Positions 29,419 to 38,833 of a stretch of DNA of 64,000 nucleotides are shown piece by piece. This DNA is from an uncultured Sphingobacteriaceae bacterium (lineage in GTDB: Bacteria > Bacteroidota > Bacteroidia > Sphingobacteriales > Sphingobacteriaceae). Numbering within the stretch: position 1 is the stretch's first letter; the number at the start of each line of letters is the position of its first letter. Location: positions 82,358 through 146,357 of the forward strand of contig CAXULQ010000005.1 of NCBI GenBank assembly GCA_964251965.1. Direction: 5' to 3'. The notes beneath the pieces are model-generated. The model had not been told where the DNA came from. It did not search any database and worked only from the letters and a program-made list of their open reading frames with translations. The position numbers were made by a program, and so were the translations under genes.

Positions 29419-29496
29419 GTTGATAGATTATAGTTAATAGTTTATAGAAGCGGCTATGAACTATTGACTATCAGCCATAAACCATTGACCATCAGC
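29419..29496. repeat. long imperfect hairpin built of 7-nt periodic units
   Basis: The left arm is gttgatagattatagttaatagtttatag, the loop aagcgg, and the right arm ctatgaa ctattga ctatcag ccataaa ccattga ccatcag. The inner 19 nt pair in 16 of 19 positions. Lies between the lutB-like stop and the DHFR-like start. Confidence 0.6.
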
Positions 29497-30874
29497 TTTC
29501 TTCGTTCTTCTCTTTCCATTGCTGACTGAATGATTTCGGGGCAACTTCAGGCATCTCCCTAAAATGTCCCCAAGTATTTTTAAAAAGAAATTTTAGCAGG
29601 AAATTTTTACTTTTTCCGCCCAAATAGTCGGTCAGCTTGCGGCTTAGCATTCCTTTTTTCCACAAAGCCCAGCCCCATTTTTCTTTTATCGGGTTGAGGT
29701 TTTCTTTTACAAAATCGCGTCGGTTTAACAGCAATAATTTGTGCAGATCAATTTTTACCGGACAAACTTCCGAGCATTTTCCGCATAAACTGGAAGCATA
29801 GCTCAAATGCTTAAACTCTTCCATGCCTTTTAAATGCGGCGTAATGATGGAACCGATCGGGCCGCTGTAAGTGGTTTCGTAAGTGTGGCCGCCAATGTTT
29901 TTATAAACTGGACAAGCGTTTAAACAAGCGCCGCAACGAATGCAATACAAAGCCTGCCGCTGGTCTTTTTGTGCCAGTAAATTCGTGCGGCCATTATCCA
30001 GCAAAACCACATACATTTCTTCCGGGCCGTCGGTTTCGTTTGCTTGCCGCGGTCCGCTTAAAATGGTGTTGTAAACCGTTAAATTTTGTCCGGTTCCGTG
30101 TGTGGAAAGCAACGGCCAGAACAAATCCAGGTCGGCAATCGAAGGGATCATTTTCTCAATCCCAACAATGGCGATATGGATTTTAGGGAAAGTAGTGCAA
30201 AGCCGCGTATTGCCTTCATTTTCGGTAACGGCGATACTGCCCGAATCGGCAATTAAAAAGTTGGCTCCGGAAATGCCAACATCAGCGTGCACATATTTTG
30301 CACGAAGCAGTTCGCGCGCTTTCATGGTCAACTGTTCCGGCGTGGCATCTATCGGCGTACCAAAATGTTTATTAAACAATCCGGCAATATCTTCTTTGGA
30401 TAAGTGCATGGCCGGCGTAACAATATGATACGGTTTCTGGCCGAGCAGCTGCACAATGTATTCGCCCAGATCGGTTTCCAGGCTTTCGATGTTGTTTTGA
30501 GTGAGGAATTCATTGAGGTGAATTTCTTCCGTAACCATCGATTTGGATTTGACTACTGTTTTTGCACCTGCTTTTTCAATAATATTCAGGATTTCTTTTT
30601 GCGCTTCTTCCGCATCGTTTGCCCAGATCACTTTGCCGCCGCGCCGCTGAAAATTAGCTTCAAACTCAGGCAAAAGTTTGTCTAAGTTTTCCATCACTTT
30701 CCATTTGATTACATGGGCTTTGCGCTTGGCATTTTCGAGGTTGGTTAAACGGTTAATTCCGCGGGCAACAGCAACATCATATTTACCAATATTATGGTTG
30801 ATGATGCTGCGGTGTTTTAGGTCGAAAGCTTTAACTTCAGCACTCGCAATAAAATCTTCGGCAGTTTTGGTCAT
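29492..30874 (-). CDS. lutB: LutB-type iron-sulfur lactate-utilization protein (LUD domain plus 2x4Fe-4S)
   Basis: CIRCGACLNACP and CGKCSEVCP ferredoxin motifs, 460 aa. No lutA or lutC adjacent. Confidence 0.7.
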   Translation of the reverse strand: MTKTAEDFIASAEVKAFDLKHRSIINHNIGKYDVAVARGINRLTNLENAKRKAHVIKWKVMENLDKLLPEFEANFQRRGGKVIWANDAEEAQKEILNIIEKAGAKTVVKSKSMVTEEIHLNEFLTQNNIESLETDLGEYIVQLLGQKPYHIVTPAMHLSKEDIAGLFNKHFGTPIDATPEQLTMKARELLRAKYVHADVGISGANFLIADSGSIAVTENEGNTRLCTTFPKIHIAIVGIEKMIPSIADLDLFWPLLSTHGTGQNLTVYNTILSGPRQANETDGPEEMYVVLLDNGRTNLLAQKDQRQALYCIRCGACLNACPVYKNIGGHTYETTYSGPIGSIITPHLKGMEEFKHLSYASSLCGKCSEVCPVKIDLHKLLLLNRRDFVKENLNPIKEKWGWALWKKGMLSRKLTDYLGGKSKNFLLKFLFKNTWGHFREMPEVAPKSFSQQWKEKNEES

Positions 30875-30946
30875 GCTGTAAAATTAGGGATTTAGCTTTT
30901 AACGCAAATACTACTGCTTCGTTATAAAGTTTGCTGATTTTTAGGT

Positions 30947-30960
30947 GATAAAAACAGCAT
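30947..30960 (-). repeat. abundant-oligomer copy, ACAG variant, full extended form
   Basis: The minus strand reads gcgatgctgtttttatcacctaaaaatcagc (30963 to 30933), starting 7 nt after the M28 peptidase stop and in phase with it. Confidence 0.6.
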
Positions 30961-30967
30961 CGCTATT

Positions 30968-32545
30968 TTACTGTCCGTTTGGCTTATCCGTTTTAACATC
31001 TACAACAGGCCGTTCATCGCGGTTAGCTAAATTCCAGCCTGTATAAAATACTAATTGCGCCCGTTTCACCAGCATCGGGAAATTGATTTTGCTTACTTCA
31101 TCGCCCGGGCGATGATAATCCGGGTTTTCGCCATCAAAATAAAAAATAATTGGCACGCCGTGTTTTGCAAAATTGTAATGGTCTGAACGGTAGTAAAAAC
31201 GGTTCGGATCATTCGGATCATCGTATTTATAATCCAAATCCAGTTTTGTGTAAGTTGAATTTACTTCCTCGGTAACTTTACGCAAAGTGGTGCTTAACAT
31301 GGCAGAACCAATCACATAAAGGTAATTTGATGAATCAGCTTTGCCAATGTAATCATAACCAGTGCGGCCGATCATATCAATATTTAAATCAGTTATAGTT
31401 TTCTCCAACGGAAAAACCGGATGATCAGTATAATATTCTGATCCCAGCAAACCTTTTTCTTCGCCCACATTTCCTAAAAACAAAATACTGCGGCGTGGAC
31501 CGTGGCCTTCTTTTTTTGCTTGTGTAAACGCACGTGCAATCTCTAAGATTCCGGTTGTACCCGAGCCATCATCATCTGCACCGTTGTTTACTTTATCTGT
31601 TCCGGTTGTTGTTAAGCCGATATGATCGTAATGTGCAGAAAATACCAGGATTTCGTCTTTTAATTTTGGGTCTGAGCCTGGCAAAAAGCCAACCACATCA
31701 ACTGCTTTTGCCGGTTTGCTTTCTGAATGATAACTTAATACGAAATCTGCTTTTAAAATTTTTGCTGGTACGTTTCCTGCTGCAGATGCTTCTTTTAGTA
31801 CATCAAATGTTTGGCCTGAAGCTTTTACCAATTGATCTGCAACAGCTAAATCAACATTTATAACAGGGGCTTGTTGCTGTGTAGGAGCTGCATTTTCTTT
31901 TTTGAGTGCGATACTGCTGCCTGTAAAGCTCGAACCGGAACGTTTAAGCACATCGGTAATTCCGGCGTTAGCAGCCAAAATAACAGCTGGATATTTACTT
32001 TGCAGTTCTCTTACAATTTTAGATCTGGCTGCACTTATGCGATAACTGGTGTTGGTAGTTGTGCCGGTTCCGGGTTTATCTTCGTTTATCCAGACTAAAA
32101 TTTTGCCCGTTATGTCGGCAGTTCCGATTTCTTCCGGAGTTCCATAACCAATAAAAACTACCTCGCTGGCTTTTGTATTTGTATTGGCAAAAGTTCCACG
32201 CATTAAAAAATCTTTACCGTTTTCGAAAGGCTGATTATTTACGCTGAAGGCAGTTACTTTTAAACTCTTTTCTTCCAACGGAACATCTAAAAAATAAGAA
32301 CCATTAACCGGCCCTTGCAAGCCCAGTTTTTTAAATTCCCCTGCAATATAATTGGCGGCTTTTTCTGCACCGGGTTTTCCGGTTTCGCGGCCTTCAAAAG
32401 CATCGGAAGCAATGATGCTGAGGTGTTTTTTGGCATCATCAACCGTAATGTAGCCAGCATATTTTTGCTGGATCGGATCAGGTTTTTGTGCCTGTGCAAC
32501 ACTTAAAACTGCAACCGGAAGTAAGTATAATAAAGTCTTTTTCAT
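30968..32545 (-). CDS. M28-family aminopeptidase with PA domain
   Basis: Signal peptide plus zinc-ligand regions SAHYDHIG, GADDDGSGTTG, GEEKGLLGS and HRPGD. Confidence 0.85.
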   Translation of the reverse strand: MKKTLLYLLPVAVLSVAQAQKPDPIQQKYAGYITVDDAKKHLSIIASDAFEGRETGKPGAEKAANYIAGEFKKLGLQGPVNGSYFLDVPLEEKSLKVTAFSVNNQPFENGKDFLMRGTFANTNTKASEVVFIGYGTPEEIGTADITGKILVWINEDKPGTGTTTNTSYRISAARSKIVRELQSKYPAVILAANAGITDVLKRSGSSFTGSSIALKKENAAPTQQQAPVINVDLAVADQLVKASGQTFDVLKEASAAGNVPAKILKADFVLSYHSESKPAKAVDVVGFLPGSDPKLKDEILVFSAHYDHIGLTTTGTDKVNNGADDDGSGTTGILEIARAFTQAKKEGHGPRRSILFLGNVGEEKGLLGSEYYTDHPVFPLEKTITDLNIDMIGRTGYDYIGKADSSNYLYVIGSAMLSTTLRKVTEEVNSTYTKLDLDYKYDDPNDPNRFYYRSDHYNFAKHGVPIIFYFDGENPDYHRPGDEVSKINFPMLVKRAQLVFYTGWNLANRDERPVVDVKTDKPNGQ

Positions 32546-32557
32546 TTTAAATTGATT

Positions 32558-32980
32558 TTAGCAAGAAATTTTGTTGACGCGGTTTGCATGCCGGCCGCCT
32601 TCAAATTCCGTATTTAAAAAAGTAGTGGTAATTTCCTGTGCTTCTTTTATCGATATAAATCTGGCAGGAAGGCAAAGTATGTTAGCGTTATTGTGTTTTC
32701 GGGCGAGTTCTGCCAGTTCTGTATTCCAGCAAATGGCAGCACGAATTCCCTGATGTTTATTTGCAGTGATTGCGATACCATTTCCGCTGCCACAAATCAA
32801 AATGCCTAAGTCGAATTCTTTATTTTCTACCGCAAAAGCAACCGGATGGGCAAAATCAGGATAATCAACAGAAGCGGTAGAATACGTGCCAAAGTCTTTT
32901 AGTTGATGTTCAGTTAAGAATGAACATAGCACATCTTTCAATTCAAATCCGGCATGGTCTGCACCGATTGCTATTTTCAT
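32558..32980 (-). CDS. rpiB: ribose-5-phosphate isomerase B
   Basis: MKIAIGADHAG, ICGSGNGI, 140 aa. Confidence 0.9.
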   Translation of the reverse strand: MKIAIGADHAGFELKDVLCSFLTEHQLKDFGTYSTASVDYPDFAHPVAFAVENKEFDLGILICGSGNGIAITANKHQGIRAAICWNTELAELARKHNNANILCLPARFISIKEAQEITTTFLNTEFEGGRHANRVNKISC

Positions 32981-32982
32981 GG

Positions 32983-32996
32983 CATAAAAGAAGTAT
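32983..32996 (-). repeat. abundant-oligomer copy (cataaaagaagtat), 2 nt from rpiB start
   Basis: The minus strand reads atacttcttttatgccATG. The 16-mer atacttcttttatgcc recurs at 53057 inside rsgA. Confidence 0.6.
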
Positions 32997-33024
32997 GGTT
33001 ATAAAATCAGCTTGTCCGTAAAAT

Positions 33025-33897
33025 CTATGAGGTCATTAACTCGTCATGCTTTTTGTTACGTCTGCGCTCAACCGCTGCGGCTACAAAAATACTTGCTTCA
33101 TACAATATAAACAGCGGAATACTTACTATGGTCATGGTTAACATATCCGGGGTTGGAGTTACCACAGCCGCTATAATCAAAATAATTACGATTGCATAGC
33201 GACGGCTTTCGCGCATAAACTTTGGTGTCATGATACCGACTGTTGCTAATACATAGATCAACATTGGTAGTTCAAAGACCAATCCGGAGGCAATGGTTAA
33301 AGTAGCTACCGATGATATGTAAGAATCGATATCGAACAGATTTTGAATGCGAGAACTTACCGTGTACGTGGCAAGAAAATGTAAAGACATCGGTGTTATT
33401 ACATAATAGCCAAATAAAACGCCTATAAAAAACAGTATGCTGGTGTAAAAAACAAAGCCGCTGGCAGCTTTACGTTCTTTTTCAAGTAAGGCAGGCCTAA
33501 TAAAACGCCACACCTCCCATAATAAGTATGGAACGCCGAGGGTCAAGCCGATCATTAATGAAGAGTTAATCTGCAGCGTAAACTGACCCGCCATTTCTGT
33601 ATTGATCAGGCTTATATGGAACTCGCTAAAGCAAAAATTGCGGCCAATAGCGTTCCCTACATTACATATGGTGCGATAAGTCCAAAAATTAGGTAAGCTT
33701 GGACCCATAATTACGGTATCAAATATCCAGTCGTAATAGGCAAAGACAAAGCCGGTAATTACGATTATGGCGATAGCTGATCTGATCAAATGCCCTCTTA
33801 AAGCATCCAAATGATCAAAAAAGGACATTTCGGATTCCAGGTTATTGCCTTTTTCTTTTAGTGCTTTAAATATTTTATTGTCTTTAAGATCGCTCAT
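33025..33897 (-). CDS. tatC: twin-arginine translocase subunit TatC
   Basis: 290 aa, six TM segments, FFDHLDALRGHLIRS N-terminal motif. Confidence 0.9.
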   Translation of the reverse strand: MSDLKDNKIFKALKEKGNNLESEMSFFDHLDALRGHLIRSAIAIIVITGFVFAYYDWIFDTVIMGPSLPNFWTYRTICNVGNAIGRNFCFSEFHISLINTEMAGQFTLQINSSLMIGLTLGVPYLLWEVWRFIRPALLEKERKAASGFVFYTSILFFIGVLFGYYVITPMSLHFLATYTVSSRIQNLFDIDSYISSVATLTIASGLVFELPMLIYVLATVGIMTPKFMRESRRYAIVIILIIAAVVTPTPDMLTMTIVSIPLFILYEASIFVAAAVERRRNKKHDELMTS

Positions 33898-33910
33898 GAT
33901 GCAGTAGAAA

Positions 33911-33945
33911 CAAAAATACCATTCTGCTGGGATTTAGAATGGTAC
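33911..33945 (-). terminator. rho-independent terminator after accC
   Basis: The minus strand reads taccattct-N10-agaatggta followed by TTTTTG. Confidence 0.6.
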
Positions 33946-33970
33946 TTACGTTTAAATATATAATCGGTTT

Positions 33971-35314
33971 TTAGTTTTCGGTGTATTCAAAAGTCTCCAT
34001 AAACTTGGTGGTAAAGTTACCAGCGCGAAAGTTTGGATCCTGTAACAATTTCATGTGAAAAGGAATAGTAGTTTTAACACCTTCGATCACAAATTCGCTC
34101 AGCGCGCGCGCCATTGTATTTAACGCTTCTTCGCGGGTTTGGGCCGTACAAATCAATTTTGCAATCATCGAATCGTAATTTGGCGGAATGACATAACCAG
34201 AATAAACGTGTGTATCAACCCGAACGCCGTGGCCACCGGGAGAATGGAAGTTGGTGATTTTCCCAGGAGAAGGCCGAAAGTTATTTAAAGGATCTTCTGC
34301 ATTGATCCGGCATTCAATAGCATGCATTGTCGGTTCGTAGTTTTTGCCGGAGATCGGGATGCCTGCTGCTACTTTTATCTGTTCTTTTATCAAATCGAAA
34401 TTAATCACTTCTTCGGTAACCGGATGTTCAACCTGGATGCGCGTATTCATCTCCATAAAATAGAAATCGTGGTTTTTATCCACCAAAAACTCAATTGTTC
34501 CGGCACCTTCGTATTTTACAGATTTTGCACCTTTTATCGCAGCTTCGCCCATTTTGCGGCGGAGTTTTTCAGTCATAAAAGGCGAAGGTGATTCTTCGAC
34601 CAATTTTTGATGGCGGCGTTGGATTGAACAATCCCGTTCTGATAGATGACAAACTTTACCAAACTGATCGCCAATAACCTGTATTTCGATGTGGCGCGGA
34701 TCTTCCACATATTTCTCCAAATAAATTCCGTCGTTACCAAATGCTGCTCCAGCTTCGGCACGGGCAGAATCCCAGGCCGCTTCAAAAGCATCATCTTTCC
34801 AAACAATACGCATTCCGCGGCCGCCGCCGCCGGCTGTTGCTTTTAAAATAATCGGATAACCAATTTTGTTGGCAACCTGGATACCTTGTTTTACATCTGT
34901 CAGCAAACCTTCGGAACCCGGAATGGTAGGCACGCCCGCTTTTTTCATGGTGTTTTTTGCCGAGGCTTTATCGCCCATGGCATCGATCTGATCAGCTGTG
35001 GCACCGATAAATTTGATGCCATATTCCTCACAAATAGCGGAAAACTTGGCATTTTCCGACAAAAAACCGTAGCCCGGATGGATCGCATCGGCATTGGTCA
35101 GTTCGGCAGCAGAAATAATATTTGGAATGTTGAGGTAAGAATCTTTGCTGGGCGGCGGGCCGATACAAACCGCTTCATCTGCAAAACGGACGTGCAAGCT
35201 ATCGCGATCAGCAGTAGAATATATCGCTACTGTTTTTATGCCCATTTCTTTACACGTGCGGATAATGCGCAAAGCAATTTCGCCACGGTTGGCAATCAAT
35301 ATTTTTTTGAACAT
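33971..35314 (-). CDS. accC: acetyl-CoA carboxylase biotin carboxylase subunit
   Basis: [17 protein letters not shown]-grasp GGGGRGMR, 447 aa. Confidence 0.95.
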   Translation of the reverse strand: MFKKILIANRGEIALRIIRTCKEMGIKTVAIYSTADRDSLHVRFADEAVCIGPPPSKDSYLNIPNIISAAELTNADAIHPGYGFLSENAKFSAICEEYGIKFIGATADQIDAMGDKASAKNTMKKAGVPTIPGSEGLLTDVKQGIQVANKIGYPIILKATAGGGGRGMRIVWKDDAFEAAWDSARAEAGAAFGNDGIYLEKYVEDPRHIEIQVIGDQFGKVCHLSERDCSIQRRHQKLVEESPSPFMTEKLRRKMGEAAIKGAKSVKYEGAGTIEFLVDKNHDFYFMEMNTRIQVEHPVTEEVINFDLIKEQIKVAAGIPISGKNYEPTMHAIECRINAEDPLNNFRPSPGKITNFHSPGGHGVRVDTHVYSGYVIPPNYDSMIAKLICTAQTREEALNTMARALSEFVIEGVKTTIPFHMKLLQDPNFRAGNFTTKFMETFEYTEN

Positions 35315-35365
35315 TACTAAATATCTTTTGAAAAATTAGCGGCTGTAAGAACGAAGTTTTATAGT

Positions 35366-35379
35366 GGTAAAAACAGTAT
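35366..35379 (-). repeat. abundant-oligomer copy, variant (ggtaaaaacagtat), accB-accC spacer
   Basis: 12/14 to the ACAG variant. The minus strand reads atactgtttttaccactataaaac. Confidence 0.45.
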
Positions 35380-35387
35380 GTAACGAA

Positions 35388-35861
35388 TTAGGCCGGATCC
35401 ACCAAAAATAATGGCTGATCGTATTCTACAGGCGAAGCATTATCTACCAGAATTTTAACGATGCGGCCGGATAGTTCTGATTCGATTTCGTTAAAAAGTT
35501 TCATCGCTTCGATGATACAAAGTACATCTCCGGATTTAATTTCATCGCCCACATTTACGAAAAGTGGTTTTTCCGGTGATGCAGAACGATAGAAAGTACC
35601 AATCATGGGAGATTTTATGGTGATGTATTTTGAAGTGTTTTCTGCCGCAGGCGTAGTAACAACTGGCGTAGTTACTGTGATGGTTGGCGTGGCAACCGTA
35701 GTTTCTGCCGTGGCAGCAGCAGGCAATGTTGTGGTAACAACAGCAGTTTGCGGTTGATTGGTTTTGATCGTGATCTTGAAGTCCTGCTGTTCGATAGAAA
35801 CCTCGTTAACTCCTGATTTTGAAACGAATCGGATTAAATCCTGAATCTGTTTAATATCCAT
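35388..35861 (-). CDS. accB: biotin carboxyl carrier protein
   Basis: Biotinyl-lysine motif IEAMKLFNEIE and a Thr/Pro/Ala linker. Confidence 0.92.
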   Translation of the reverse strand: MDIKQIQDLIRFVSKSGVNEVSIEQQDFKITIKTNQPQTAVVTTTLPAAATAETTVATPTITVTTPVVTTPAAENTSKYITIKSPMIGTFYRSASPEKPLFVNVGDEIKSGDVLCIIEAMKLFNEIESELSGRIVKILVDNASPVEYDQPLFLVDPA

Positions 35862-35944
35862 GCTGGTTGTTTCGTTTAATTTAAGTTTGATAATTTGTTT
35901 GGCAGGCTAATTTATCATTAAATAACAAAAAAGCAGGGATAAAA

Positions 35945-36934
35945 TCAGTATGCCCATTTTATGTAAGCTGCTCCCCAGGTAAATCCTCCGCCAAAAGCGG
36001 CTAAAACTAAGTTATCGCCTTTTTTTAATTTGCTTTCCCATTCCCATAAACATAATGGAATTGTGCCGTTTGTGGTATTGCCATAGCGTTCAATGTTAAC
36101 CATTACCTTTTCCGGGCCAACGCCCATCCGGTTTGCGGTAGCATCAATAATGCGTTTGTTTGCCTGATGCGGAACGAGCCAGTCTACCGTTTCTGAAGTT
36201 AGGTTATTGCGTTCCATAATTTCGGCAGCAGCTTCGGCCATGTTGGTTACGGCAAACTTAAATACGGCTTTTCCTTCCTGGTAAATGTAATGCTGGCGTG
36301 CATCTATGGTTTCATGGCTGGTTGGTTTTACAGAACCGCCTGCTTTTTGATGCAAATGACCGATACCAGCGCCATCGCTGCGGAGATTCACATCAATCAA
36401 CCCAAAACCTTCATAATTTGGTTCTAATAAAACAGCACCGCAGCCATCACCAAAAATTATGCAGGTTGTACGGTCCTGGTAATCAACTATCGACGACATT
36501 TTATCTCCGGCTACCACCAAAACCTTTTTATGCTTTCCGGTTTCAATAAATTGAGCACCAACGGTTAAGCCGAATAAAAACCCTGAACATGCAGCTTGCA
36601 AATCAAATCCCCAGGCTTTGGTTGCGCCAACTTTTGCGCTGATGATATTAGCCGTTGCCGGGAAAGGCATATCAGAAGTAGTAGTGCAAAAAATCAGCAA
36701 ATCAATTTCTTCTGCACCAATACCTCGTTTTTCGAGTAATCCCTGAACGGCTGGCACAGCCAAATCAGAAACACCTAAACCTTCGCCTTTTAAAATCCGA
36801 CGTTCGCTGATGCCTGTCCTGCTTAAAATCCACTCGTTATTGGTGTCAACCATGGTTTCCAGTTCCTGATTAGTCAATACATAATCAGGCACATAACCGT
36901 TAACAGCAGTAATTGCAGCGTAAACTTTGTTCAT
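35945..36934 (-). CDS. fabH: 3-oxoacyl-ACP synthase III
   Basis: Active-site AACSGF, C-terminal GGGFTWGA. I place the start at ATG 36934 (MNKVYAAI), just after the plsX stop, rather than the track's 36970. Confidence 0.9.
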   Translation of the reverse strand: MNKVYAAITAVNGYVPDYVLTNQELETMVDTNNEWILSRTGISERRILKGEGLGVSDLAVPAVQGLLEKRGIGAEEIDLLIFCTTTSDMPFPATANIISAKVGATKAWGFDLQAACSGFLFGLTVGAQFIETGKHKKVLVVAGDKMSSIVDYQDRTTCIIFGDGCGAVLLEPNYEGFGLIDVNLRSDGAGIGHLHQKAGGSVKPTSHETIDARQHYIYQEGKAVFKFAVTNMAEAAAEIMERNNLTSETVDWLVPHQANKRIIDATANRMGVGPEKVMVNIERYGNTTNGTIPLCLWEWESKLKKGDNLVLAAFGGGFTWGAAYIKWAY

Positions 36935-36941
36935 ATCGATA

Positions 36942-37880
36942 TTAAAGAAAAGCTTGTTTGATCTTTTCAATCAGACCTGATTCGACTGTATTTTTGGAAA
37001 GCAGTATCATACTTTTTATAGCCTCCGGATTGGAAATTCCGTGGCCGATGATAACAGGCGCGTTAACACCTAAAATCGGACTTCCGCCGTATTGCTCGTA
37101 ATTAAAACGGTCGAAAAACTCATTACGCATTCCTTGATGTAAGGTGATCTCGTAAAAATTTTCTGCCAGTTTTAAAACAACATTTCCGGTAAAGCCATCG
37201 CAAACAAATACATCAGCATGATCTGTAAATAAATCGCGGCCTTCAATATTGCCTACAAAGTTAAATTGCTTGTTTTCGGCCATTAAAGGATAAGTAGCCT
37301 GACAAAGCAAATTGCCTTTTTCTTTTTCTTCACCGATATTAATCAAACCAACTTTAGGATTATTAATATGGTAAAGTGATTCGGCCATCAAACTGCCTAA
37401 AATGCCAAATTGCACCAGCACGTCCGGTTTGCAATCTGCATTGGCGCCAACATCTAAAATAATGCCGCAGCCGCCAATGAGTTTTGGAACGATGCCAGCA
37501 ATAGCCGGACGAATAATTCCCGAAATTGCTTTTACACTAAACATGGCACCAACAAGCATTGCGCCAGTATTGCCTGCAGAAGCAAAAGAATCAATCAAAC
37601 CTTCTTTTAAAAGCTTAAAACCGATACCAATGCTCGACTGTGGTTTTTGAGCGATGGCTTTTGTAGGATGTTCTGCCATGCCGATCACTTCGGTTGTATG
37701 AACGTATTCAAAACAACCTGTATCAAAATTATTATCTGCAATAATTTTTAAGGCAACTTCCTGATCGCCAATTAAAACTAATTTCTGATCAGGCGATAAA
37801 ACATGGTAACTTGCAATTGCGCCTAAAACTGCTGCTTCAGGCGCAAAATCGCCACCCATAATATCCAAGCCAATCTTCAT
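36942..37880 (-). CDS. plsX: phosphate acyltransferase PlsX
   Basis: MKIGLDIMGGDFAP start, 312 aa, position between rpmF and fabH. Confidence 0.92.
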   Translation of the reverse strand: MKIGLDIMGGDFAPEAAVLGAIASYHVLSPDQKLVLIGDQEVALKIIADNNFDTGCFEYVHTTEVIGMAEHPTKAIAQKPQSSIGIGFKLLKEGLIDSFASAGNTGAMLVGAMFSVKAISGIIRPAIAGIVPKLIGGCGIILDVGANADCKPDVLVQFGILGSLMAESLYHINNPKVGLINIGEEKEKGNLLCQATYPLMAENKQFNFVGNIEGRDLFTDHADVFVCDGFTGNVVLKLAENFYEITLHQGMRNEFFDRFNYEQYGGSPILGVNAPVIIGHGISNPEAIKSMILLSKNTVESGLIEKIKQAFL

Positions 37881-37893
37881 TTCAGAAAATTAA

Positions 37894-38085
37894 CTAAGCT
37901 GCCGGTGTGCGTTCGATCAAAAGTTTACCGTTAAAGTAAACATTACCATCAACAGTATAAGCCCTGTGTGGCAAATGTACTGCGCCGGTAGTTTTACAGG
38001 TAGTTAAAGTAGGTGCTTCCGCTTTGTAATGTGTGCGGCGTTTATCTCTTCTGGATTTGGATATTTTTCGTTTTGGATGTGGCAT
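37894..38085 (-). CDS. rpmF: 50S ribosomal protein L32
   Basis: MPHPKRKISKSRRDKRRTH start, 63 aa. Confidence 0.92.
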   Translation of the reverse strand: MPHPKRKISKSRRDKRRTHYKAEAPTLTTCKTTGAVHLPHRAYTVDGNVYFNGKLLIERTPAA

Positions 38086-38104
38086 AACTTCCTAATGTAT
38101 TAAT

Positions 38105-38632
38105 TTATTTAATGTTCTTTAACACGTTCCAGCGTGGGTCTGTGTCGGTATTTTCTTCTTCGCTTCCCGAAAAGTGCTTCAACTTGTCCAGCATTTCCTG
38201 ATCGCAAAACGGCGTGTTCCCTTCGTCTTTACAAACACTAACGAAAGGCATGGCCAGGTTAATGTATTCGTAGATTAAACCAGATAAATTAATTTCAAAA
38301 TCCTGGCGGTTTAAAACCATGATCTCATCATCTGCATCTCCCGATTCTGCTTCGCCTGCAAACTTTACAATTTGGCGTTCCTGCACATCAACCACTTCCG
38401 GAAATTGCGAAAGGCAACGATCACACGAACGATCCGCCAAACCGTTGATCTTGAAATCCAGGATCATCATCGTTTCCTGCTTGTCCAAGTCAACTTTGCA
38501 ATCCAGTTTTCCTTTTTTAACCAATGAATATTCAAACTCATCAAAAAAGGCGTCCGTTATCTCGAAATCAAATTCGTGCTTTCCAAGTTTCAGTCCCTTA
38601 AACGGAATTGAATATGTTTTCAGCGTTTTCAA
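38105..38632 (-). CDS. DUF177 (YceD-like) protein
   Basis: 175 aa with CDRCL...CxxxxxxxxC pattern and the conserved position upstream of rpmF. TTG start. Confidence 0.75.
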   Translation of the reverse strand: MKTLKTYSIPFKGLKLGKHEFDFEITDAFFDEFEYSLVKKGKLDCKVDLDKQETMMILDFKINGLADRSCDRCLSQFPEVVDVQERQIVKFAGEAESGDADDEIMVLNRQDFEINLSGLIYEYINLAMPFVSVCKDEGNTPFCDQEMLDKLKHFSGSEEENTDTDPRWNVLKNIK

Positions 38633-38650
38633 TGAGCGTTAATTAGCCCG

Positions 38651-38678
38651 CAAATTTAGGAAAAATTACACAATCAAA
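38651..38678 (-). promoter_or_regulatory. candidate promoter of the DUF177-rpmF-plsX-fabH operon
   Basis: The minus strand reads TTTG-N16-TAAATTTG, with the -7 box 18 nt upstream of the TTG start. Confidence 0.3.
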
Positions 38679-38707
38679 AATAGTTTTTTTAATAATGAAA
38701 TTAGGGC

Positions 38708-38721
38708 TGTAAAAGAAGCAT
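38708..38721 (-). repeat. abundant-oligomer copy (tgtaaaagaagcat), spacer
   Basis: ggctgtaaaagaagcatcgg; its ggctgtaaaa part is complementary to ttttacagcc at 38804-38813. Confidence 0.55.
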
Positions 38722-38833
38722 CGGAAATCCTAATTCCTTCCGCAAATTCAATCATTTTAACTTTAAAATATATTTACACGATTGCCGTAAAAGCAACTTT
38801 TGTTTTACAGCCTTGCTGCTACCGCAATTTTTT

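Noticed and set aside
34886-35320. 144-aa plus-strand ORF, with similar ones at 39207-39689, 39371-39727, 42333-42755, 62322-62819 and 63333-63743
   Set aside because: All lie fully inside strongly supported genes on the opposite strand (accC, pdxA, greA, metH) and have no recognisable domains.
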